From contig OX597828.1 of the NCBI GenBank assembly GCA_951406725.2, positions 2,108,001 to 2,172,000 of the forward strand: 64,000 nucleotides of DNA, read 5' to 3'. The position numbers were made by a program, and so were the translations under genes. The notes under the pieces were generated by a model. It was not told where the DNA came from. It was given only the letters and a program-made list of their open reading frames with translations, and did not search any database. The stretch comes from Octopus vulgaris. Lineage: Eukaryota. The first letter of the stretch is position 1. Each line of letters starts with the position of its first letter. This document shows, piece after piece, positions 53,400 to 64,000 of the stretch.

Positions 53400-55650
53400 A
53401 CATTACATAGACTCAAAGAATTAGAGGAGAGAAGGTATGATGTTACAAGTCCGACATATTTTTCTGCGTCTCGGAGTTACTGCATAATGTTGGGAGATAT
53501 AATTCAACAAAAATGTGCAACCAGTATTGGGAGCAAACAAAAGAAAACCGGCCTCCTTCTTCAGGATGGAGAGATAAGAATCTAACATATCAGATAATGC
53601 AGGGAAATTGAAAGGTGGAATGGGTGTAGTGGAAAGCAAAGAAGTAGTAGTGACGAGAGGAGGTAGGTGGCTCAGCGAGAGTGAGGGGAGTATTGAAGCA
53701 AAGAAAGGAAGAAGAGATATGAGGGTCAGATCAATAAGATGGCGGAGGGGTAAATGAACAGTGTATTGAGAGAATTTGTTGAAGTGAAGAGTTGAGAGGT
53801 AAATAGGAAGAGTAATATAGGTGGTATTTGAAGGATGGTCAATGTTTAGGATGGTGAGGTTATAGAATTAAGGAAAACAGAGATAGTGAAGACAGAGAGG
53901 AGCAACTAAAAAGGGATGGTAAAATATTCTAGCAGGGTGGGGAAGGGGCAATTTCAAGAATGAAGGTGGGTTGGCAGCGGTAAGAGAATGCTGAGATTTG
54001 TAGAAGTATGTGAGAGTAAATAGAAGTGGACGGAGAGAGAGAGAGAGAGAGAGAGAAGAATGGATATATAGGCAGCAGTTGTAGTAGTAGTTGGTGCTAA
54101 GTAGTTTTGGTTGCAGAGGCAAGGAGAAGATAGGGAAAGAAATTCAAAGGATGAGGTGGTTGTAAGGGGGATGTGCTGGGTAGGAGGAATTTGCAAAGGT
54201 AATATTAAGAAGGAACATTTAGTAAAAAGGTTTATGTTACTATTGGGAGTAACTTAAGATTAATTACTATTAAAGTTAATCACAATTAAGAAATTACATC
54301 GATTTTAAAACATAAGCAAACGATGAGTTTGATCGAAAGGATTACATCTGGGAATCCATTAAGTAATGAAGAGTTGCGGTTGTGTAGGATGGTGAGCGAT
54401 TCCCTTAAACACAGTTTACAAACGCCGAGCTTAGTGATCAAGGGACCAGGATAGGGTATAGAGAATGTTTTGAGATTTAAGGTTGTGTATATAAGTTGCT
54501 AAAGAGGTAGATAATTTAGAATTTGGATTGGAGAAAGAGTTCATGTCCAATAAACACCCTTCTCATCAAGCAAGCTTGGTAGGGTTGCCGGTTTAGTCGC
54601 CAACGACCCGAACATGCAACAGGTTGTACTGGGCGCTTGAAATCACCTGGGAGCATGGTGTTACTACTCGGCATTTGTAGACAACAATTTTGCATAAACA
54701 GAAACACCCAAGATGGCAGAGTTGGGACATCCGACAGTTGCAGGTATTCCTGTTTGCACTGGGGTTGGAACTGAAAGTTGGGAAGGTTAGCTCCGCATGG
54801 TCCCTTACCAGGAATACCAGGAGGGAAGAGCGAGTGGTAATATCAATACCAGAGTTGGAAGGGACTATGACCACTGCTATATGTGGTCATATAGGTAGTT
54901 TTATGGGGAGTCGCATTAAGGCTGATATTATTGAGTCGAGCGGGGTTTTAAGTGTTGTATTATTGCGACTTGGTATGTGGGAGTTTAGTAGGATGGATTG
55001 TAGGGCCTAAGGACAGACGGTGAAGTCTGTGTCTATTAAAGGAGGCAATTATGGAACCAAAATTAGACATGGTGGAATACGAGATTTTAATAGATGATTT
55101 ATGAAGACAGGGTGATATTTATGTTGTGGTAGGAAACTAGGGTTTAGGTAGAGGTTTAATTTGGAGGAGGAAAGGTGATACGCTTCCTACCCTTGGAGGG
55201 CTTAGAGCATGTGGATAGAGTGGGAAACTTGAAGTTATTATAGTCTCGAAGTGGCGATGTGTAGGGTTATTGTTTGAAGATTGATGGAGTGTGGATGAGA
55301 GGAAGACGGTCTGATGGATTGAGGATTTGTAGTAGAAAAGCGAAGTGCAATCTTACCTTTAAGTTTAATGTTAGGGATATAAGAAACCACTAATCTGGAG
55401 AGTTTGGTTAGAATACGTGGCGTGATTGTTAAAGCTGTCATCAGCTGATGAGCTGGGGATGCTTATAGAAATACTGGTGACTATGCTATTAAGCTATTAA
55501 TGGTAATTGTAGGGTGACTGGATAGGTCGTTGATATATTGTAGTGCTTGATGAAGTTTATCAAAAGGGCAATATAAGGTTTTATTTAAGTCGAGAGTGAC
55601 ATCTAGGAAAATGGTAACTTTAGTGTTATGTAAGTATACACACGAAAGTA
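53400..55650 (-). mobile_element. Penelope-like retroelement 3' part (RT C-terminus, GIY-YIG region, pLTR), decayed
   Basis: FLDVTLDLNK.LY...DKLHQ (about 55610-55550), VSYIPNIK, NTCNCRMSQLC..GC.CL.KIVVYKCRV, GVCKLCLRESLTIL...LLN. Degenerate hammerhead CTGAAGA...GAAAaATATGTC at 53450-53566 downstream. Confidence 0.75.
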
Positions 55651-55862
55651 AATTATACATATACTAATATAAAAATATTTCATTATTGTATAAAAACGTG
55701 TTTTTGATGAATTTCATTGTAAAAAGTGGTTGGAACATGGAACGTGTGTTTTTATTTTTTTTAATTTCATCAGTGAACTTTTTGTATATTCTATCATCGA
55801 CTTGTACTGAGAAAAGTTCCTCGACTACGAAGCTGCTGATTAGAATTTGAGGTAAACTTTTA

Positions 55863-55934
<72 letters not shown>

Positions 55935-55965
55935 CGTATGTATGTGTTTGTGTACATGTGTGTGT

Positions 55966-56115
55966 TTGGTAGGCTTCTACACAGTCCTTTGCTAAATTAC
56001 TCTCAAAAGCAATTAGTGAATATGAGACTGCGATAGAATATTTCTGCCTAACGTTACACATTGGGACAGAAGCAGGTACTGTAAGCTTTCCAATCAATTT
56101 TCTTAAGCCTACAGT
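55966..56115 (-). mobile_element. SINE family A 5' half, highly diverged
   Basis: ggcttctacacagtcc..ctaaattactctcaaaagc...cgatagaatatttctgcctaacgttacac. Confidence 0.45.
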
Positions 56116-56910
56116 CATGTCAGCGCTTATTAAATATAACTTTACTAAAGTGCGTTATCAATGTTCAACCATATCATTAACGACTTCAGTCATTTAATTC
56201 GAATCAACCAATCAATAATTTATTAAGGTAGTTACTATAGAAACAACGGCAATAGCAAAAATAGCAGCAATAGTAGAACGGCAGAAGCAATAAAATGTTT
56301 ATCGTTCTCGATATGATTGAACAAACACCAAAGCCGGTTCTTTAAGTTCCACATTCCAGCATGGATACTGTTTCATTTAAGTCCTAGTACGTCCTAAATG
56401 CTAATCTATAAAATGACAAGTGTTAAAGTTCGCTTTCAGAATCACCAGAAGTATTCACAAACCCGGCGTTTAACTGAATAGTCAAATACTGCATAGCATA
56501 GAGCAGATGATACGCTATGACAGATAATTTTGCTAACATGCTGCCGTTGTTCAGCTTGATAGACTGAGACTAAGATTAAATGTTCCGCTCGAATTATTCA
56601 ATTGGTATACGAAGCCACGGTATAAGAGCCGGTAGTACCATACAGTTTCAACTTGGTCTCTCCACTTTCGATTTTGACTATTTTACGTTTAACCTGCAGT
56701 GAATGGTTGCCAGATTTGAGAAGCAAATTTAATAGTAAGTTAATATGAAAATCAGCGAAATTCACCAGAAATCTAATTAAAAAAACGTAAAATTACAAAA
56801 TTATGACGAAACAAAATTTATTTTTGTCATTAATGGCTGAGTGCTGTACTGATAAATAAGTATATGTACACACACACACATATATATATATGTGTCTGTG
56901 TTTATGTGCA

Positions 56911-56966
<56 letters not shown>

Positions 56967-57040
56967 AGAGAACAAGATATACGTTACGTCGCAAAAATAT
57001 ATGTATAAATATATATGTCCCATTTTGTATTTTTATATAT

Positions 57041-57081
<41 letters not shown>

Positions 57082-57141
57082 ATATGTATATATATGTATA
57101 TATATATATGCATATGCATATATATATTTATATATATATAC

Positions 57142-57173
<32 letters not shown>

Positions 57174-57213
57174 TCAATTGGTATACGAAGCCACGGTATA
57201 AGAGCTGGTAGTA

Positions 57214-57266
<53 letters not shown>

Positions 57267-57345
57267 TGTATATATATATGTATATATATATATGTGTGTA
57301 TATATATATGTCAGGTCACTTTTGAGTGCTACTGGTAACATGTAA

Positions 57346-57523
57346 CATCCTACACAACCACAACTCTTCAATACTTAATGGATTCCCAGATGTAATCCTT
57401 TCAATCAAACTCATCGTTTGCTTATGTTTTAAAATCGATGTAATTTCTTAATTGTGATTAACTTTAATAGTAATTAATCTTAAGTTACTCCCAATAGTAA
57501 CATAAACCTTTTTACTAAATGTT
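57346..57523 (+). repeat. inverted copy of PLE 3' segment 54214-54391
   Basis: 178-nt reverse-complement match with about 3 substitutions. Confidence 0.9.
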
Positions 57524-57525
57524 TA

Positions 57526-57810
57526 TGCTTGATGAGAAGGGTGTTTATTGGACACCCTGCGGGATGAAAAACAAAACCCGTCAAAGGGCGGAGGAACTCT
57601 TGAGAGTCAACGGCCATCCAATAAATGCCTTAAGGCTGTATCATGCGCGGGGACATAGAAATAATCGGACTGAATACCCGATCGCGTGGTTAAACCTTTG
57701 GGAGTGAAGGACTCTTAGCCTTTGTTAGGGCATCCTTCTAGGAGAAGGTAACTCAGGAAACTAGGATAACTCCGACATAAAATCTGCGGCTCATTGGTTA
57801 CCGATGATGT
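57526..57810 (+). mobile_element. non-LTR retrotransposon 5' UTR fragment related to 19740-19935
   Basis: gcttgatgag...caccctgcgggatgaaaaaca...aaagggcggaggaactc...tctaggagaaggtaactc parallels gcttggtgag...caccctttaggattgaaaaca...aaagggcaggggaactc...tctaggagaaggaatactc. Confidence 0.65.
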
Positions 57811-58007
57811 TAACTTGTTCTTCTTTTCGGATTATGGCTGATGTTGCTTAGTGAGTGGGATTGACCCAGTGCACAGCCTTTCCTCACTTTAATAAAAAAT
57901 CTTCTTGCACAGACATTGCACGATAACAACATTGATTGAGGTTCGTGCAATGGCCATACTCGATAACGAGCGGGCAGCCACCATATGTATATATATATAT
58001 ATATGTG

Positions 58008-58059
<52 letters not shown>

Positions 58060-58061
<2 letters not shown>

Positions 58062-58418
58062 CGCAGGAGTGGCTGTGTGGTAAGTGGCTTGTTTACCAAC
58101 CACATGGTTCCGGGTTCAGTCCCACTGCGTGGCACCTTGTGGATTTGGTAGACGGAAACTGAAAGAAGCCCGTCGTATATATGTATATATATAATGTGCG
58201 TGTGTGTGTTTGTGTGTCTGTGTTTGTCCCCCTAGCATTGCTTGACAACCGATGGTGGTATGTTTATGTCCCCGTTACTTAGCGGTTCGGCAAAAGAGAC
58301 CGATTGAATAAGTACTGGGCTTACAAAAGAATAAGTCCTGGGGTCGAGTTGCTCGATTAAAGGCGGTACTCCAGCATGGCCGCAGTCAAATGACTGAAAC
58401 AAGTAAAAAGTAAAAGAG

Positions 58419-58419
<1 letters not shown>
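58060..58419 (+). mobile_element. tRNA-derived SINE family A with ~50-nt internal deletion
   Basis: Near-identical to 49111-49519; inserted in (TA)n. Confidence 0.92.
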
Positions 58420-58461
<42 letters not shown>

Positions 58462-58529
58462 GGTCCCGGGTTGATTCGGGGTTAACCACAGTAAGTAAGG
58501 TACTCAATACATAGCAGAGTAAAATTAAT

Positions 58530-58634
58530 TTATTATATAGAAGGAGTTTACAGGACTAGTACTGTTTCATTCAAGAGAATTCTTCAGGAAGATTTCTCTT
58601 GAATGACAGTACTATCTGTAAACTCCTTCTATAT

Positions 58635-58640
<6 letters not shown>
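58530..58640. repeat. fold-back palindrome centred on a hammerhead core
   Basis: Arms ttattatatagaaggagtttacag..tagtactgt..cattcaagagaa.tcttc / gaagatttctcttgaatgacagtacta.ctgtaaactccttctatataataa. Confidence 0.85.
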
Positions 58641-58713
<73 letters not shown>

Positions 58714-58716
58714 TAT

Positions 58717-58972
58717 GTGGAGGCACAATGGCCTCGCGGTCGTAGCGAACTCGCGGTCGTAGGATCGCGGTTTCGATTCCCAGACCGGGCGTTGTGAGTG
58801 TTTATTGAGCGAAAACACCTAAAAGCTCCACGACGCTCCGGCAGGGGGTGGTGATCCCTGCTGTACTCTTTCTTCTGTTGGCCTGCTCGCTTAGCCAGCG
58901 GGGTGGCGTCATTGTGACCAGCGATGTGTTACAACATCTGATGGTCTGGTCGGTCTGGTCGGTCACGTGATA
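58717..58972 (+). mobile_element. tRNA-derived SINE family C
   Basis: gtggaggcacaaTGGCC...GGTTTCGATTCC head; GC-rich body ending ggtcggtcacgtgata. Confidence 0.7.
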
Positions 58973-59106
58973 TTATATTTTATTATTGAGGTGGCTATTC
59001 GCAATTTAGAACCGAAAGGCAGAAGTATAGTCGTCACTAAAGTAACTGAGAATGCTAGTCAGCACCAGCATTGCTAAGAATAAGAGTCAGAACAACTCTT
59101 AGTCAC

Positions 59107-59203
59107 GTGAGAGCACATTTCTAAAGACTGATAAGGAAGACAAGCTCCCTACAGGTAATCATACCATCGATGATTCCAGGCTTGTTTAATCTTCATCAGT
59201 CAC
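59107..59203 (-). ncRNA. degenerate hammerhead with long stem II
   Basis: gtga-CTGATGA-agat...gtcttta-GAAA-tgtgc-TC-tcac; abuts (TA)n. Confidence 0.45.
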
Positions 59204-59220
59204 CCATTACTCCGTCACCA

Positions 59221-59367
<147 letters not shown>

Positions 59368-60944
59368 TATATATATATATCATATATAATTTATATACAT
59401 TTGTGTAAGTGTGTGTGTAAAGAGAGAAAGAGATAAAGAAAACAGAGAGAGGGCTACAAAAACAGAGATTTATTAAAATTATTGATTAATTAATATTATC
59501 ACTATCTTTAGAGTATGTCAAGCTCTCCAAATGCTAATTGAGACCGGCTCCATATGAGAAGGGAAAACGACAGGTTGATATGCCATTATGGATAAGGACA
59601 GACTTATTGCCTAGGGATAACAGGACAGTCGTGGAAATGTCTTTCTGTCTCAATAGGCCTCATCAGCACAGCTATTGCCCTATCTTATCTCCAGTGGGCA
59701 AGAGGCATATACAACAAAATAAGTAGAACAAATTTGTGACTTAGGTAATAGACATATTTTCAACAATAATTAGTTTAGAAAGGAACTCAACACGGCCAGT
59801 AGCACGTATAGATAAAAACAGATATATTGAATATCATACAATTTGGAGAATACTTAATTCTTTAGATTGCCTCCCCTTCTCATGTGGAATTGGTCTCAAT
59901 TTCCATTTGGTAATTGTAACATTTACACGCAGAGACAATTTTAATTAATTAAAAATTTGTCACATGCTGTTTAATATATTTGTCAATGTTGTTTATATAC
60001 CCTAAATTATTTCTTTTAGCTCACTTTTTATTTAATATGTACGTATATGTGTATATGTGTGTGTGCGTTTACAGATATGCATATACGTTTTTATATTTAC
60101 GTATTTTTATACATTTATAGTTCTTATATCTGTAGGGAAAAAGCATCATTCTTATGCATTTATCAGCCTGTAAAAGTAACAGCGTAAAGCTACATTTATA
60201 TAACGATGAATAATTGCGTGACTAACAGATTAGAATACCCCAGTAAATATTTTATTGTAAGATAATCTTTCCAATTTAAAACTTTCTAAAACACCCAGTT
60301 TAAAATTTCTTCGAATAAAGTTTTTTAATGCTTACATGATTTTCAACACGTATCTGACCTATGCTGTGTGACAAATCGAATCGTAGTACCTATAAACATA
60401 TTTATGAACCCTAAAAAGGCGCAAAACCAACCTTATATCCAACATAATTTGTGACCTGAATATGTCACATCCGTTTAATCCTTTATTTTCACGCCTGGCT
60501 GAACCTTAAACAATAACAAACTACAATATGATACCTATACATACATGCACACAACTATATACATACATGCATATGAATGCATATATATGAGTGGACGCAT
60601 AGACATGTGCAAAAAATGAGTCCATCAAATACTAGGTCTTTTCGTTCTACCTATGTTCAGTGAATACCACAGTTGAAACACGAATAAACAAAGAAAATAC
60701 TTTCATATAAAAGCACAAACGAAGACTTAACAAAGTTGAACAGAGTACATACACAAATGACTATTGACACACAAAACTCATTCTGCCACTTATCATGAGG
60801 AGCCTACACAGCTGACATCCCAAACTTTAGCCATTGCACTACATACAAACGACTCCTGTCCACTCTCCCACCAAACAGATTGAATTTGAAGTGCCTTGAT
60901 TATAACTAAGCATGTTCACTCAACCGTGTCGCCTTTCTTTTTAG

Positions 60945-61006
60945 GCGTAAAATATACTGTCACGTGACACTAACGCGTAAAATATACTGTCACGTGACAC
61001 TAACGC
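60945..61006. repeat. perfect 30-bp tandem duplication containing palindrome TGTCACGTGACA
   Basis: gcgtaaaatatactgtcacgtgacactaac x2. Confidence 0.9.
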
Positions 61007-62104
61007 ACGAACATAGCGTCTTTCTGTTTCAACTTTTTGAAAATCAGTGTAAACTGTGAAACCGGTTAAAGCTTTAAATACGTTAAAAAATATTTTAATT
61101 ATTCTCAGTGCTTTTTCAACTTCTATTTTTCCTATATATCTATATTTCCTATATTTCTGTGGAATAAAATAACTTTGTTTTCTATATATATATAGCTCTT
61201 ATAACGAGAACATGAAACTCTGAGAACAAATAATACATGGATAACAAGCGATACAGAAGTGGACATACGAAAATGAATAAATGTAATTTAAGACGAGACC
61301 GTTAGTGAGCGGTCTAGGGACAGAAACGAAATAAATAAGCAAACAGAATGTAGCCTTAGTGTTGGATGAAGACGAAGTATGGAAAACGGTAATAGGGAAA
61401 TCTTAAAGGATTGGAAACAGGAGGTCAACAGACAGCAAAACATGTTGAAGTGGATACTAGAGAAATTACTAGAGAAACACGTGTCAGTAGCAGGCAGAAG
61501 GCAGAGTAGAAATGGAGTGAGAGAGAGAGAGAAAAGAGAGAAAGGAGGAGACAGAGATAGGATAAAGGAGAAGGAAGAAAGGCTATGAATATAAGTCGTA
61601 CGAATATATAGGCAACTTACCGTAAATAAAACCTAGGGTACGTTACGATCTGTCAATTAATAAGTTAAAAAGGCATATAGTAAATGTACAAACGAAAAAA
61701 TACCTAGAATGGCAAGTTAAAAAACGTATACTAAATGCAGAGACGAACGAAAAACAGACACAACTTCTCATTAGTTATCAGCCAGTATGTCAAACGCAAT
61801 TTCGTGCCTTTAACCATAATATTACTTCCCGTCTGGTGGCACCGGCAGGAGCTGCCGGGAATATGGGACCGAGAACATACATAAACGTATGTATGTTTAT
61901 GTATGTATGTGTGTGTGTATTTATGTATGTATCTACGTATGTGTATGTATGTATGTACGTATGTATGTATGGTGTGAATGTCATTATTCAGTTTTATTTA
62001 AGATTTCTTGCCAATAGAGAAAGAGCCGGTTTCTAACCTAGATCCAATACTTCTTCATTGGAATTTCATCAACGTCAACATGGTATTTTTGTATGTATGT
62101 ATAT

Positions 62105-64000
62105 GTGCAGTATTTGGAGTCAGTGCATATGTAGATTTGTATGTTTTGTTTTATGCATGTATTCTCATGCATATAGTTGCATGAGAATACAGATTTTTAC
62201 AGTTCCAGTGATGGATTGGCTCAATAGTCTTCGAATCATTTTTCACCTTTCTGGTTTTGAAAAGTCTAACTTCGCAAGATTAGTATCTAGGCAATGTGTT
62301 ACATATCCCAGTGTCCCAATAATTACAGATATAAATCTGGACTCATAGTTCAGCGTAGGTATTTTCTCTTTCGGTACTCTTTCGGCAGCTGATTTCCACA
62401 ATTATACACAGTTTCTCTTCTCTATCCCAAATCACTACGTCACGTTTGTTATGTTTACATTTTATTGAAGTTTTCACTAAGACATTCCACCAGTAGTGCT
62501 TCTTATTAGGAGTGGCTATAGTGTTTACCATACTGTAGGTTCTTATTTCTTTGGCCTCTGGGTTATCCTTCCGACGGATCTCATTAAACAGTGTCTTAGC
62601 TACATTATGTCTCTGCTATAGATAATGTTGTGATGACATTTTAGGAGAATTGCTTATAATGTGGGTGATATTCCCTGTTCCTGGATTGCAAACGCATGCC
62701 CTTCAGGCTAAGAGTTTGTAGTCCGGCTATTGGTCCATGATAGACTGCTTTGATGATCAATGTTATTATCCCGGAGCTTTCCGCTACAATCTATGTATGG
62801 CTTTCTACTAGCTCATCCTTTCATCCTTTCATCCGATGACGTGTTGCGCTAGATATACTGCATGTGTTTAAGGTTATCAGACTAGGAATGCAGTTCAAAG
62901 AGCTGCTTTCCAAGTCTCATGATGTTAGTTTCATCATGTATGCAAACTTGGTCAAGGGATGCACTTCGACACTTGGTGGTCTAAAGATGTTGCCGAAGGG
63001 ATACGATACGACATTCAAAAGCAGTCTGCCTGCTTTGTTTTTGTTTTAGGTAGAGGCGGTCTACATCGTTGTTGACGTGGAAATTATGTGTGCTGATTAC
63101 TCTCTTCCGGGTTTTCACATCAAGACTCGGATCTCATCAAGCGTCCATTCAAGTAACACAAATGTTGGTATGAGTACTGGTACTGCAAACACATTGTCGG
63201 CCACTGTTTTATTGATTGCAGAGAGTTCCAAGGTCCATATTTTCTTTGTTCGGCAGTAATATTCTTTAGTGATATGTGTCTTGTTACAGGTGCCATCATA
63301 AGATATGTTTTCGTCTACCCTTAGACACCTATAACATTCTTCATCGGATACAGGGAAAAACAATTAAATCATTGATGGAGATGTTGCTAGTCTGGTTTAC
63401 CGATTTCCCTCTTTTCAAAACCATATAGCAACGTTCATCTCGACCAAACTCCATGTTTTAATAAGGTCAAGGGTCCTTTTCATCTCATGCATATTATTGG
63501 CATATAGTTTCAAGTCATCCACGACGGGACAGTGAGTAATTTTTTTTCTATTTCTTTGTGAATCAATGAGATATCCTTAAGACTTCCTTAACATGAATGA
63601 CAAGGGGGTTACAGAAAGTATAATCAGCATCACAGAGATGTTGTCCCCTTGGAATATACCTCTGCGATATTGTATTATATCAGTGATAATACTATCATTC
63701 CTTGCATTTAACTTCAAGATAGTGCCCCACGTTGAAGTCAGGTCAGTTATGGCTTTGGTCATACTCACTAGAAATTTTGCAAGTCTAAGGACTTTTAGCA
63801 TCCATGAGTAGGGAATAGAATCAAAGGTTTTCATGTAGTCCAATCACATTCAAAATGAGGTTCCTCCTAAGTACCCGCACCTCTGACTTTACAGTTTTAT
63901 TTATTAACAATTGCTCGGCATATCCCCAGACTTCCTTCTTCTCAGCTGCTTGTTCTGCTGTGATGATGTTATTACTGTCACTCTATTCTTGGAAGAATGT
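62105..64000 (-). mobile_element. R4/Dong-clade LINE (RT + RLE), decayed, continues beyond window
   Basis: WGYAEQLLIN, DYMKTFDSIPYSW, RRGIFQGDNISV, THC..VDDLKLYA, WWNVLVKTSIKCKHNKRDVVIWDREEKLCIIVEISC, ITGTVKIC. The 3' end runs into (TACA)n. Confidence 0.88.

Overview
This is AT-rich, repeat-saturated metazoan DNA. It is most likely intergenic or intronic sequence from an octopus or other coleoid cephalopod, inferred from the tRNA-SINE families, the very high (TA)n/(TAA)n/(CA)n load and a strongly expanded GC-rich 28S fragment. No intact host protein-coding gene is recognisable: nearly all listed ORFs are microsatellite translations or decayed transposon fragments. The window holds four long decayed R4/Dong-clade LINEs (RT plus restriction-like endonuclease) and several smaller fragments of them, an internally deleted HERO/NeSL-like element, an RTE remnant, several Penelope-like (PLE) fragments, mariner/Tc1, pogo and hAT DNA-transposon relics, at least three tRNA-derived SINE families, and a 3-copy non-coding (TAA)n-associated element. 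There are two stand-out observations. First, roughly a dozen minimal type-I hammerhead ribozyme motifs are scattered through the window. Second, at 42.3-43.4 kb two divergently oriented copies of a tRNA-head/(AAT)n/hammerhead-tail SINE-like element enclose a captured ~410-nt 28S rRNA 3'-region fragment that includes the sarcin-ricin loop. This suggests a Pol III-driven, ribozyme-carrying non-autonomous retroelement, probably mobilised by PLEs, whose RT can template-switch onto rRNA. All calls were made by eye with no searches run, and element boundaries are approximate unless exact motifs are quoted.
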